The translations under genes and the position numbers were made by a program. 64,000 nt of DNA. Source: the human T2T-CHM13v2.0 reference genome, Homo sapiens. Of the stretch, positions 41,932-56,029 are shown piece by piece (the first letter of the stretch is position 1; every line of letters starts with the position of its first letter). The notes beneath the pieces were generated by a model, which did not search any database, had not been told where the DNA came from, and saw nothing but the letters and a program-made list of their open reading frames with translations. The DNA is taken from the NCBI RefSeq assembly GCF_009914755.1, contig NC_060927.1. One strand, given 5' to 3'.

Positions 41932-42453
41932 TTTTAAACAGGAAAACTTCTAAATGGTCATCTGAATTGTAATTCTATTTTTGAAATTTATTTTTGACAT
42001 AATATTTGTCAGGCTCATATTTTTAAATGTATATAAATAGGTAATTTATAAAATGCATTGCTCTTGTTTCCCTGTGTTTGCCTTACTCCCAGTTATTTTA
42101 CATGTAGTTTAATTTTCTTCTAATGTAACTTCCCATTACCGTATTTCATTCATCAATTACTTTTTTCCTCATGATGTCTAATAAGATAAAATAACATTTC
42201 GATTATATATTGATGACACTTTCAGAATCATCCATTCTGTTCTATTGGTATTCGTGTCCATTTCAAATCAATGTCTTATTTATTTCATCATGGTGACTTT
42301 ATTATGTACTCTGATATTGACATTCTTCAATCTTTCTTGTTCTTATATTGTCTTTGGCTGTTGGTGAGTATATTTTCTAAATAAAATTTTGGACAGTTTT
42401 TATAAGAAAAAATTTTAAAAATTATTTCATGAATGTATTTTTGTATTGTCACG

Positions 42454-42565
42454 TTTTGTTTTGAGAAAAGGTCTTGCTATGTTGCCCAGGATGGAGTGCA
42501 ATTGTGCAATCATGGCTTACTGTAGTCTCGACCTCTTGGCCCAAATGATCCTCCTAGCTCAGTCT
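42454..42565 (-). mobile_element. Old Alu right-monomer fragment (AluJ/FRAM-like)
   Basis: GGTCTTGCTATGTTGCCCAGGATGGAGTGCA...ATGATCCTCCT. Confidence 0.8.
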
Positions 42566-43879
42566 TCTTTCTGGTTCTCCATCTATTGATTTTTCTTCCA
42601 CTGCTTCTAAACCATGTTGGATCTATCTCTAGATAGTCACAGGGTTTGCATTTTTGGCATTAGCAACAAATTAGTAATAGAACCACAATGACGATGATAT
42701 GTAGAAACTTTTGAGCTTTTCTCATTTCAATCCTAACTGAAAGAGTTATGTGATGATATCTGGTTGACATAATTTTATGGTAGCATGCAATACCAGAGTA
42801 TTGTGATAAGACTATATTTATGTTACTATAATAATGTGTTATAGGATAGGTAAATAGATTGTTTCAGAAAGAAAACTATTTATTACATCATTCTTCACCC
42901 AATTTTTCTTTCTAAAAGTTACTTCTAGGTTGAGAGCCATATTTTTCTCTTTGGATCACTATGTTACATTTGAATAAAAAGAAAAAATACAGCTACACCA
43001 TTTCCATAAAATATATTTTTAAAATAAAGTGTTTGATCCTCAACAAAGTATGGACACAGCTCTGGGGACATTGAGTAATTTGGGTTTCCTTGGGGGTGAA
43101 AACACAGAGCAGCTTGATTCCTTCAGTTGATTACTTCATATGAATCAAAGCAGGGATTCTCCACATACACAGAGACATATCATGGGGCTCGGGACAGGTA
43201 ATATAATAGTCACTAAATCACGAGTACCACCCACTCAGAGGCAGGAGAGACAGGAGACTATCTGGGAAGTATCATGTTGTGGTAAGAATTAACTCTTGAA
43301 TTTGCAAATTATAGGAAGAAGTTAAAGTTGGGAGAGTGGCAATATTACCTGGGTAAAGAAAGTGTAGGATAGCAAAACTTTTTTCATTAAACACAAAGAT
43401 TTTTCAATATTTTAATGAAGCGTGCGGATTGACAAGTGTGTTCTGCCAGAATAAGAGTTTTAATTATGATTTCAATAACTCTTCTCAAATTAAGTATTTT
43501 TTAGCCTTAGTTGGCCCTACTCCTGTCCTAATAGTACAAAACAGAACTCTGAAATAAAACTGAACAGTTTATAGAATAACAACATAATTTACTCCATACA
43601 AATAAACCTCAATGGTTTAATTACTTTGATGTTCATAATATGACATGCTTTGGCTAAGGTTTATGAGACCCATAAACCTAAGTTCAGCAACAATTGATTT
43701 TTCAAAAGGCAAAAGGGTGGATATGATAAACATCTGTTTTTTTCAGTTGATGATTATCGTAGAAAACATAGTTTAGATTTGCAGCCAAATGGATCACTAC
43801 TACTATAATTTCTGAAATTTATCAATACACTTTTCTTCCAAACCTCTTTCCACCTCCCCACCATTGCTCATAGGTAAGT

Positions 43880-44169
43880 GGGGTGGGGCCAAGATAGCTG
43901 ATAGAAACAGCCGCAGTGGGAGTCTCCTACAGAAAAGAAACAAAACAGCATGTGAATCCTGCACCAACAACCGGGGTATCCAGGTTCTATCATTAGGATT
44001 GACTAGGCAGCTGTTGTAGCCCACGGAGAGCAAGGAAAAGCATGGTGGTATGTTGGCCCATCTGAAAGCCACACTGGGCAAAGAGAGCCCCCACCTCCAG
44101 TCAAAGGGAGGCAATGAGTGATTGTGCTACCCAGCCTGGGAAACCATGCTTTTTCCATGGATCTGTGCA
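43880..44169 (+). mobile_element. Isolated 5'UTR start of an older primate L1 (about L1PA13-15)
   Basis: GGGGTGGGGCCAAGATAGCTGA (degenerate YY1-site start), TATCCAGGTTCT..TGACTAGGC and AAGGGAGGCAATGAGTGA. No L1 body follows. Confidence 0.8.
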
Positions 44170-45071
44170 TTAGTAAATGTGCTCTCCTGTTGAAAGACAT
44201 TTATTTAATTTTGTGTGAAGGCAATATATGTTTTGTAAAACTGATAAGGCTGTAATAACAGTATTTATTTATTTATTTATTTAACCTTAAAGGAAGGGCT
44301 GTAGTTTCCTAAACTTAAAAATGAAATAAGTTGTCACCAAGGAGTACATCCTTTCCCCAATCTCTCCCTTCCCTAATGACTCCAAGGCTGTTAAATGATT
44401 GTGTCTTTGCTTTCAAAATAATCAATTAGTTTTTTCAAGGCCCATAGTCAATAGTCACAAAAATCTATTATTCTAACCAAATGAAGAACACATAAATATA
44501 CATAGATTCATTCATTTTGTTAATTCCAAATTCCAAAAGTAACTGAAGGGGCTTGGAATTTCTTAGTTTCAGGTGAAAGCTCATTTTACTTTCCCAATCT
44601 AGAAACAGTGAACTAAATTTTTGTCATTTTCTTATCTTAATCAAGGTGATCTTCTCTTTACTCTGCATCCCATTTCTAAGGTGGTATGAATATAAGAGCA
44701 ATCATGTATTACCAAGAATTTTCCTCTAAAAACAGATGTGCAAATAACTAAACAAAAAGAAGGGGACTTCTTTGATGATACAAAAAAAAATGTGATTCAA
44801 GGAAAACAAATGGCAGAAAGTGGTTGCATTAGCATTAGAGCAAGACCCATATTTTACTCAACTCAGTCTAGAAAAGAAACATTTAGAACCAAAAGAGAAG
44901 ACATGTAAGTTCCTAAACTACTTTTTAATTAACCTGAAAATCTGCTCTGTGCATACTGAAATAGTACATATGTGATTTGCATAAAATACCTTTTATTGAA
45001 CCTAGGCATCCATAAAACCAATAGGAAAATACATTTTTTCATAAAGTAAAATAATTATTAATTGTATAGTA

Positions 45072-45301
45072 CAGATATTCCCTGACTTACGATGGGGCTA
45101 AATCCCTATAAACCCATCCATAAATTAGAAACATTGTAAGTGGAAAGTACCTTTTCAACTTATAATATTTTCACTTTAGGGATGAATTTATCTGCATATA
45201 ACCTTATCATAAGTTGAGGAGCTACTGGATGTGTCTTGCTTTCATATTATCTTAAAGTCAAAAAACCTTCGGTTGAACTATCATACGTCTGGGACAGTCT
45301 G
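45072..45301. mobile_element. MER47/Tigger-family MITE
   Basis: TA|CAGATATTCCCTGACTTACGATGG ... TCATACGTCTGGGACAGTCTG|TA: degenerate TIRs and a TA TSD. Confidence 0.8.
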
Positions 45302-48300
45302 TATAGGCAAATTAGAAAAATAATAAATTTCACCTTAAATGTCAATTAAAATTATTTTATTATTATTTTGGATATAGTGAGCAATTACAAAAAATACAAG
45401 CACTAATGAAAAAAATGTATTTGCAAAGTGTTCATTTACCTAATGTAATTTCTAAATGTTCATTTACTTAAAATAATTTTTAAATGTATGTCATTTATAT
45501 GTATAAACATATTATACAGTGAAGACTAATTGACAAAAGAAAATAGTAATAAAACAGTACTTTAGAATCAGCACATAACAAGATACATTCCTTAAATGGC
45601 TCTTTATCATAAAACATATCCTGAAAGTTCAATGCAGGCATAATATCAACTAGGGTATACTTTAAAAGCTGTAATTGGACTTTATCCCAGAAAAGGCTAA
45701 AAAATTGAAATATGTTTTATATCATTGTGCATATTATTCTGTGATAAAAATAGTCTTATATTTCTTAGCAGCATGAAAAATTGTCCAACAAGGGAATAAT
45801 CAAAAAATAAGGAAAAGCAATCAAAGGAGAAAGGGGAAGAATTTTAGCATCCGTTAGGAAAGAAAGCAATAAACGACTTGCGTGAATAATTTCAAAGCCT
45901 TGAATGAGCTGCTTGTACCTCCCAGAAGACTTGTGAAAAAATAAAGACATCTTTTAAACCGTTGAAGAGAACGTATATAAGACAATTTTCATGCTTTTTT
46001 AATCTAGAACATAAAAATGTGAGAAGTACATTTACTGTACAAAGTCTTATCTGAGAAACCATTTAAAGAATATGGAAATAGCTTAATATTGCAAATCTAT
46101 AGGCCGTGAAATTTCTCCAGTAAACAAAAGATCATCCCTAACATGCAAATTTATTTTGGTGGTGTTCAATAAAGAAATTGCCTTATTATTTCTATAAAGA
46201 TTTAGTACAAGACCACATTTGTACATTGCAAAAGACATAAGATCCACAATTTAGCATTATTTTCATCTTTCCTGAAGATGAAATATAGTGTTCTACCATA
46301 ATTATGGCCTATCAATTACTTAATTTTAAGTGCTTAACCATAAGGAGACTAAATAATGTGAATATATACTTACTGGGATCTACAAGATTATTATATTTAT
46401 AGTATTGTTGTGTATAGCTTAAAATCATAAACTATAACAAAATGGACACCAAACTTCCAAAACAAATACATATATAGATGAGATGGTTTACCCAATTGTA
46501 AATGTACAGTTTATATAATCTTTCAAGGTAATTTAAGCATTTTTATATTTTCAAACCTTAATATAATCTTATTAAGGTTTGAACTTTTAATATTATGAAT
46601 TGTGTTATATTTTTGCCTTGTAATTTGTAAGCCCATTTCTTAATAATACACTCTAAAACAGTGAAAATTCTTGCTTGGGTTAATGACAGTTTCTTTTATT
46701 CAAACAAAGCAATAGCTGAGAGCTACTCTCTTATTTTTATATAAGACTGGGTTAAAGAACTAGAGAACAATTTTGAAAAATAGGTCTTCCTTCTATTTAC
46801 AGAGATTTTTTTTTAGTTCTTCTCCAGCCCCATAGGTCTACCATCTTCAGGATATTTGAGCATTTCCCCTTTTTACAATTATCACTAATTTCTTGATCTC
46901 TTTGCTCATTAAGTAATATCTACTGATTTTTGTTCTTTATTCATTTCTTACCAAGTTTTCTTTTGGGGGCCATTAAATGAGTATCCTTATACCTAATTAA
47001 ATTATTAGAATATTTTCTGTGGTTGTAGTCCTTGCATAAGCTCCTACTGAAATAATTTCTTCACCTAGATACAAAAACCATTATATGAAAATACTAAATA
47101 GCCATTTATGTTATTCTTCTGCTCAGGAACATGTAATGTCTTCTTGCTGCCAGTAATTTCTTATGAAAAGTTTTTAACCTACCCAGTACTCACAATATAA
47201 TATTATTCAGATAGAATAGACCACTTACTCACAGAAGGGTATAAAGCAACATTGAAAATTAGCAATTTAGAACATTTTTCTTCAAAAACAGAATAATGAT
47301 ATTCATGCCAATAAACTTTAGAAAATTAAATTTGATTCATTTTCTCAAAGCTTAGTTAAAAAATACAGATTTCATTAAATAGAAACTATTGCCTTAAAAT
47401 ATAGCAATTCTGAAAATTTTTTTAGAAGTAATTTTAACAAGCTTTACAGAGAAACTGATCACACTATAATAATTCCCCTTCACAACCACTTTGTAAGGAA
47501 GTCATTGTAATTCCATATGGTTAAAATATCATAATGCATATGAATTATTGAGTTTGTTTTTAACAAAGATCGCTAGTCATGACTCAAGTATTTTCACTTT
47601 CACTAAATATCTATGTGTTTCTGATGAAGTTGTTTACATTTCAAATGTTTAGAAATGTTATCCTTAATGTTTACAATTTTATAATATTAATAACAGATCA
47701 ATGTAATTAATTCTTCCTTGCTTTGTTGATTTTAGAAGTTAGAGATTCTTTTGGAAATATAGTTGGAGGAAATGAGTTTTCTTCAGATGTTTTCTTGTAT
47801 TTTAAGCCTTAGCAGAATCACTGGCCAGTCCTGAAATATAAATGGCCCCAATTCATCATGACAGATATAATGTTGATATAACATGCTTAATAAATTTAAT
47901 GTTGATATGACAATTGCATGAATTAAAGAGGCTTTGGGAATACATATTCAAAATATTATATGTGAGTGGTGTATGTGTGTCTTATTAAGAGCCTGAAACT
48001 GAATTGAAAGGGTATAGAATCTGCAAATTCTATTCTCTGTACTCCACCAACATAGTGTTATGCAGTATATGTGTGTGTGCGTGTGTGTGTGTAAGCCAAA
48101 TACAAATATGATGACTTAAATATCATTAATTCCACATAAATACATGTTTTCTTATGTTTTTCCTTCAACTTGCCTCTGCTTTATATTCTTTATACAATTC
48201 TTCAGGACCTGATTCACTGAGTCTTGAGCTTGGTTCTCCAAAGAGTTTATATGGTTCTGTCACTTCTATTCTGCAATAGAAGTTTCTGTAATCTGTTTCC

Positions 48301-49632
48301 CAATTGCCTGAGTAGTAACGACTTGGCAATATTTTGCCACCAATATTTAAATAACTCAGAGATACAACAGCTAATAAACATTAATGGGGGCTCCCTAAAA
48401 ATATTGCATGGTATCCATTTCTTACACTCAGTAATATAAATGCCATAACCTGAACAGAAAAATATATTTTGGAATAAAACAACAATTAAACATGATTAAA
48501 TAGTTTCTGCAGGTTTTCCCTTACTTTATTTGTAAGAAACAACAGAATTTCTATCTTGGATTCAGCAGACAGAGCTCTCACTAAGTAACAACGGAGTATT
48601 CACTTTTTAGTTTATTAACCCTGTTACCTCAGAATAGCTATTTGATAGCTTTTAAGTCAATATGATAAAACTCTTCTTAAGCCTGGAGTTTGTGTTTTCA
48701 TTAAAATAAAAACAGATATTGTGGATATTGTTTATATTTATAATATTGTTTATAATATTATATATTTATAATATTGTTTATTTTTATAATACAAATATAA
48801 ATATTTAATTTAATTGTGATTCATAGCCCAAAGGAATAAAAATAAATAATGAGTAGAATTCTAGGGTTCATAACACTTTCTACTCAATTTGCAATGGCAC
48901 ATGTTGTATGTTATTGTCATTTGCTCTATTTCCAATTAAAGCCATTTTCATCTTGAGTCAGGATAATATGTGGTTGACCACCTTTTCTTAAAATTGAAGA
49001 ATTTCATTAACAATGTGTGCTTGATATCTACCTTCAAGACATGTTTTATATTAGAGGCAAACCTTGGAGAAGCAGAAGCAGAAGGAGAAGCAGCATGCTT
49101 AAGAAATTGAGCATAAGCTAAGCAGTGGGTGTAATACAGCACATCTGGACTTTATTAAAGCAAGAGATAATGTGTCTGATGAAATTTAATCCAGGTTTTA
49201 CTGTCAGGTACTCAGAGACTTAGATGAAGTACTATCAATTTGGTTTTAACTGCCAGTATATGATGATAATACTTTGAATGAAAATGAATTTTGTTTTGTA
49301 CTGAATCTCACAAAGTATTTATTTTTGCATTAAAATACAACCATGCTGAAATGAACAAGCATTTCAATACAATCATTGGCATTTTCTAAAGTGACGAAAT
49401 ATATGAAAATTGTGATCAACTTATCTGTTTTATAAAGACTTACTTTGTTATTGGATAACTTGGGAATTGAGAATTCTAATGACCTTTTAATATATGTGGC
49501 GATATAATTTTTAAATGATTGCTACAATTAGACTATATTATAAATTTAATATATTTATCTGATACTTAGAACAAAACATAGTTGAGATATTTCAAATATG
49601 GTTGATATTTTACTGACTTCTGAGCCATTTCA

Positions 49633-49698
49633 GCTGTTATTAAAATTACTCAGATAAATAGCCTACTGCCTATTGATCTGAGTAATTTTAATGACAGC
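49633..49698. other. 66-nt hairpin: 29-bp stem, 8-nt loop
   Basis: Checked base by base: 27 Watson-Crick pairs, 1 G:U pair and 1 A/G mismatch on the + strand. Confidence 0.92.
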
Positions 49699-50154
49699 CT
49701 ATTTCAATAGGCTGATTTAATATCAAATGTGGGTCAGTGAAGTTAGACAATGAAAGAAAAAAAGTAGAAATAGTAATTCAAATAATACAAGACAAGAAGC
49801 TTCATGGAGTCATTATTTAATGCCATATGTTATGTTACTTTTTCCCCCTAAATACTACAAAATAACAAGTAGTAAGGGGTATGACAAAATGTGGAAAAAT
49901 TTCTTTGTTTCTAAAGCCTGTATGAATAGTGCACATTTTTATACAAGCCTTTTAAAGCTCATAAAATGACTCTGCCCACATCCTTTTGAGGAACACAGAG
50001 TAATTTCATTGTTGTTGTAGAATCACAAAAGATCAGAAAGGTTATATTTAAGACTTATTGAATATCTTGGAACCAGTGGGGCTGGGTTTCTTCTTTGTTT
50101 CTTGGATGTTTATCCACTGTAACTCATTTTATAAAGCATTTCCTAAAATATGTG

Positions 50155-50685
50155 TCAACTATATTTGTTGTATAACAGTATCTCAAAGCATGGTGATTTA
50201 AAACAACAGTGATTTGTTATTACATATTGTTCAGTTGGAGTGGAAGTGTTTATAACCATGTGGTAAAAGCTCACCTAGATGGTTCTTCTGTTCCCATAAC
50301 GATGATCAGAGCCACTTAAATGGCTACATTCAACTGGGAGATTATCTAGGAGTGGAAAAAATCAAGATGGTCTGTGATCCTTCAGGGATTCCATTCAGGT
50401 AGTCTCTAAATATTTGGTGGTATGAACATTTTACAGAATGGCAGCCAGGCCCTAAAGAAAAGAAGCAGAAGCTGGCAGTTCTCACAAGGCCTACTAATAA
50501 AAATCCAAGAAGGTCAATATTGCTATAATCTATTGGCCAAGGCAAGGCATGGTGGGCCCAGATACAAGAGGAAAACAAAGAGCTTTCAGCAATTTTTGTT
50601 GTGAGAAGCAACATGCAGGAACAAGAATAGGAGGAATTGCTATTGGTCATATTTGAAGATTATGTAAAAATGTAATCCTACAAAA
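50155..50685 (-). mobile_element. Old MLT1 LTR
   Basis: TGTATAACA..TGGTGATTTAAAACAACAGTGATTT and TCTATTGGCCAAGGCAAG..GGCCCAGATACAAG. Confidence 0.65.
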
Positions 50686-51254
50686 CAAGCCACATACATA
50701 CAGCAATTTTTTGATTAAAATTAGGAAAATATTTCATACCAAAGGGTGTAATAAACACATATATAGTCTATATCAATATTTAAGTATTTATATAAACACA
50801 CACGCATACATACTATACATACTCATTACTTTACTTATCCTAGTATTTCCCAATCTTATTTGATCAAGGTGAATTGTAGTTGAAACAACCACCAAAAATT
50901 TGCAAAACTATATCAAGCACATAACAGAGACATGATTTTACTGTTCTAAAAATAGTCATTTTAAATTTATCAGATATTTCTACTTCCATTATTTTATTTA
51001 ACCGTTGTATATTGTTGAAATTTTAGTCTAAATTCAGGTGCATGTGAACTCTTGACTGTATATATGATGTAGGAAAAATAAAGCAAAACTGAAGAAAATA
51101 CTGTCCAGAGAAATCCCATAGCCACCCATAAATTAAATAGACAGATTAAATCATTTGATTTTTGAAGATATAATTACAGATTAAATAAATTATTTGATTT
51201 TTGAAGATATAATTAAATTAGAAACTATGGGAAGATGGTAATTATTCATATATT

Positions 51255-53380
51255 CATTCTTCAAAAACAATTGAAATTCTAGAGGTGGGAGACACTGTGT
51301 AAGACAAAGGGCTAAACTATAAAATGGGATAAAGAATTTTTTTCTTACCTATATCCAGAAAGTTTATAATCTAAGAAAGTATGTAAGTAAAAATTAAGTA
51401 AGTAAAATTTTAAAGTGTTATGATAGGGGTTTGGATTGAAGAAGAACTTCCCATGGAGTTCAGAAGAAATGAAGAGAGGTATAAAAAGCACAGAAGATAA
51501 AATACAAGAAAAACAGAAACTTGAAAAATGAACATGAATTTATTAGCAAAAGAGTAGGGATTAAAAAGTAATGGCCTAAAAGAAACAATTTATGCAAAGC
51601 TCTTAGAGTAAAGAGAAAGCATTAGAAGCATTGGAATAAGTTCATGATATGTTATAAAGTTTCAGAAAAGAGACAATAAAAGATAAGATTGCAGAAGTAA
51701 GTAGTAATTAGATCATGTTTTTACCACATGTAAATAAATTTGCCCTTTAGTTTTAGGTTCACAGGAAGGCATTAGATATGCTTTGCTTGCTTATTTCAAT
51801 CTTTGAAGCCATGTTTTTATATCAATCATGTGTGATAATGTGATGAATGGATCAGAGGAATTTAGGTCAGTGACATCAGGAAAATGTCATTGCAATGAAA
51901 AGGAGAAATAAGGGTGACTTGAATACAATAATAGTGATAGGAAAATTGCTTATTTGGGAGACATTTATTGTATAGACTCAATGAAACTTAAGGATCAAAC
52001 TCTGGAAGTGAGAAAGAATTCAGGCCATGATTGAAGACTGCCAGTAATATTAATATGAATCAAGAACAACATTTAAGTTTCTGGTATTGGATGCTGAGTA
52101 TGTGGTAGTATCATTCTCTAAATCAAGAAATATAGAATAAAATGATTAAATTGTTTGGGCACATGATAGATTAAGTTGGGGACACGTTGAAGTTGAAGTG
52201 TCTATTGTACATACAAGTGTACTTCAGCAGACAATTGAAGATTAAAGTTTGGTATACAGGTAAGATACCTTAGCACAGATTATAAATTTGGGTGTTTGCA
52301 ATGTAAAAATGACTGACAGTCAATTTTTTCTGTGGTAACATGCCACAATAACTTTATGGCATACAATAACAAAGTCCTATAACAACTAACCTTGATGTTT
52401 ACATTTCAACTGTGGGCTGGTAGCAAATCTACTCTAAATTGTGACTTAGTAGATAAACTGCACATCTGTTCAGATGTTTTGCTCAATATGAGATCTAAGC
52501 TGAAGTTGCAGTCTACCCATTGGATAACTAATTTGCAGAAGGAAAAGTGTGAAAAAGCTTCTGGAATGGTGTGGTGCTATATTCTTAAATCTATCTATCA
52601 GTCACTTCCACTCACATTTCATTGTCCAGAGCAATCAGATAGCCAACCATAAATTAAATAGAGAGGAAATTACTATCCTTCCTCAGAAAAGCCCTTGAAA
52701 TTATATGATGGTGAACAAGGATGCATGATCCTTTTACAGAGTAAGAGTAAAAAATTAATTGAGCAAAAAATATTATTTGCTAGACATGGAAATAGAAAAT
52801 ATGGCTGCGGATGAGAATGTCCAAGGATAAGGAATCAGTAGAGTAAGTAGGTAAGAGGGGAAGACGACCTAGAAGAGATCCCTACATGACACTAAGAAAT
52901 AAGAGAATGGATTTTCAGTTTTTCTGCTCTGTTTTTTCCCCATCTTTGTGGTTTTATCTACCTTTGGTCTTTGAAGGGGAATATCACACAGCGGGGCCTG
53001 TTGTGGTGTGGGAGGAGGGGGGAGGGATAGCATTAGGAGATATACCTAATGTTAAATGACGAGTTAATGGGTGCAGCACACCAACGCACATGTATACATA
53101 TGTAACAAACCTGCACATTGTGCACGTGCACCCTAAAACTTAAAGTATAATAAAAAAAATGGAAACTTAAAAAGAAATAAGAGAATGGGAAGAGGGAGAG
53201 CGAGACTTGGAAGCAACCGAGTAAGTGGTCTGAGATTTAAGAAAAGAACCAAGAAAGTGTGGCATCTCAGGAGTCAAGAGAAAACATACACATATTCACA
53301 CATACACCCATAGGGATCTCCATTATTGTCAAATTCTGCCGGGTGTATAAAAAGGACTAAATGTCTATTATACTGCTATA
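51255..53380 (-). mobile_element. L2 fragments interrupted by an MLT1-like LTR (about 52320-52785) and an L1
   Basis: Purine-rich antisense L2 motifs, e.g. GGACACGTTGAAGTTGAAGTGTCT and ATAAATTTGGGTGTTTGCA. Boundaries are approximate. Confidence 0.6.
52911..53171 (+). mobile_element. Miniature 5'-inverted L1PA (about L1PA4-5) insertion
   Basis: 17-bp TSD AAGAAATAAGAGAATGG at 52894-52910 and 53172-53188. 52911-52974 is the antisense 5'UTR/ORF1 start. 52973-53159 is the sense 3' end plus poly(A). Confidence 0.95.
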
Positions 53381-56029
53381 TGCTACTATATATCCATATC
53401 TGGAATATATTTGAGTAATTGTAAAGAATATAGGAGGAAAGAAAAATGTTACATGATTTTACCACCCGAAGTCCAATTAGAGAAGGTCCCAAGAAAATCA
53501 CTATAAAATACGTGGAGTGCTTCCCTGGACAGAAAGTAGCCATAAGCTGCAGCTGGCTGTTTACATTGTCAGTAAACTCACTGACTTCTTCCTGTGCCTA
53601 CTGAGTAGATGAAAAGCAAAGGGAGGGAGATGGCAGTATGGAGAATGAGAAGATGGTAGTGGAACACACTACGAATGTAACATCTAGAGTGGTAAAGATA
53701 GTAAAACTTCCAAGAGAATTTAGTCTCTCTGGACTGACCACTATCACAGACGCATTCATAGCTGGCTATGAACTATAATACCACAACAAACACTTAAGCA
53801 AGGGGATATGTGTCCTTTTTATTTTTTTTTTCCTACTAACCCTATCACGCTAAAAGACCCAGATCTACAAGAGATAAAGAGGAGATATCTCTGTGACTTG
53901 CCTGACTCTATGACATAGAGAAAGGGATCTTTAAAATTTAATATAAGACTGCAATTTTAAACTGGAGTGGACATTTTAATAATTCCAAGTAAATAAAAAT
54001 GTATAGAATATTTTACATTTGTCATCAAAGATTAAAAAGAATATTTTATAGAGTGCAGTTTAAAACAGTGCAATAAATGATTTCATGCTTATGACTCAAT
54101 GCTCAGTAGCAGTTACATGTAATGCCATGGGAATTCAATAATATAGATTCATGTTGACAATGGCTTGAGGGACCTGGGAAAATAGGGACAGAACTCCAAC
54201 AACCCGCCATTTAAGAGACAAGCACAAAAAGAATCACTGGGACAACTGTGCCAGAGGCAGGGAAAAAAGACCCTGCAAATACATGAAGATGCTTTATCCA
54301 CTTAAGGGAACAATGAAACAGACAAATGTTAGCACTTTTGGTGTTTGACAAGAGCCCACAATAATCTGAAATACAAAAATATCACAGCAGTCTGAGTAAG
54401 TCAAGCCACAAAAGGTAAAACACAGGTGCTGATTATCTGTTTTTCTGCTTACTTTTTTTTTGTTTTTTTTGGATAAGTATAAAATATAACATAAATCCTA
54501 GAGTATTCACTGTTATTCTTATTAGAAAAGGCCTATGGCTAAGAATTGCTCAAGACTGTAGTATCTGACTAAAATGGGAAACTCAAAGTCTCTTCAGGCG
54601 AGAAAGAACTAGATGAGGTGACTTTTTGTGTCATGACATTAGACCTGAAGTCACAAATTATTCAACTTTTCATTCCAAATTTTGGTAACATCTTCACACT
54701 ACTTACAGATTGCTGTTTGTCAGGAAAAAAAAGACTATGGCCCTTGCAAATTCATTTTACTTGAAATTTATGGAATAAATAAGATGAGCTGGAGAGTCTT
54801 ACTGTGTTAATGGAAGATAAAGGGATTACAAATAACACTTTAGAAAAGCTGGAAGTATGCAACTTTGCAGTATGGTATAATTGGGATAAAATAAGATTAT
54901 ATGTAAAACAACTATGCTAATGACCTTTATGTTGAAGAAGAATCAGCTTTAAATATTTAAGCTCAAAATATTAGATAAATTGTCCTGTATTTTAGATCAC
55001 TAACTTATGTTGAAATATAACTTTGAATATACGAATAGACAATTAAGCTTCATGATGTTTATAATTTTTGTTATTATTTCGAATTTTCTACAAAAGACCC
55101 ATGGATCTTTTTGACAGAGCTACTAAAATCTTCTAATGGCAATGTTATGAAAGTAGTATGAAAATGCTTTAGTCAACCATTAAGAACCTCTTGTGAGGAT
55201 TGTAAGAAAAAATCTTTAAAGCTTAAAGTGACAAAAATAATCATTAAAGTACTATATGTTAAAATTTTAGAAATAAAATTTTCATATTCAATGACTCAGT
55301 GACCTTCCTGCTATTGAATATACTTTCAGTATTGCTAAATCTTTTCAAATTATTATCTTTTAAACCCGAATATTATCCAGATAGAGGAGAATCCTATTTG
55401 AATATTATAGCTAAAAAGTCCTCTATGTGTATGACCAGCAATTACATCATACAGAAGAAATGATTTACAAAAAAAAAAAAAAAATCACCTCTAAGCATGA
55501 AACAATTCCCACAAGCAAATACACGAGATGCAATTACTCTCTGTTACTAGGCCTCAAAAGAACAAGCAGCTAGACATTAGTGCTGTGATTGTAGTCCAGA
55601 ATCTTTCAATGAAGAGGGTTGATTAATGTGCTTTAAATTAGAAGTGTTCAGGGAGTGAAATAACTTTTATTCATTTATTGCCATAGGAATCAATGCACAA
55701 GGGAAAAGAAATAATTTGAGATCTAGATTAGGCACTCTAATAGCCAAATTAAATCTTTACCAAATTTAGCAAACTAGTTACTCTACTGACACTGTGCATA
55801 GATCCTAGGAAAGAAGTCTTTTAGGTTTGTAAGGTGACAATATGAGAATTTTACTTCTTACGTTTTAGAAGGAATGAATTCACTATCAGATTTGAGCAAT
55901 TAAATATCATTTAATAGGATAATCTCTTTTAGATATTAAGGTAGCTGAAAAAAATTATGAGACATTGATTTAGAAATTGTTTATGCACCTAAGAGGGGCA
56001 TTTATTTTATATTTTTAATATTTCAATTG

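Noticed and set aside
53460-54100. Possible ancient Gypsy-type (MamGyp) LTR remnant
   Set aside because: The resemblance is too faint to support without a profile search.
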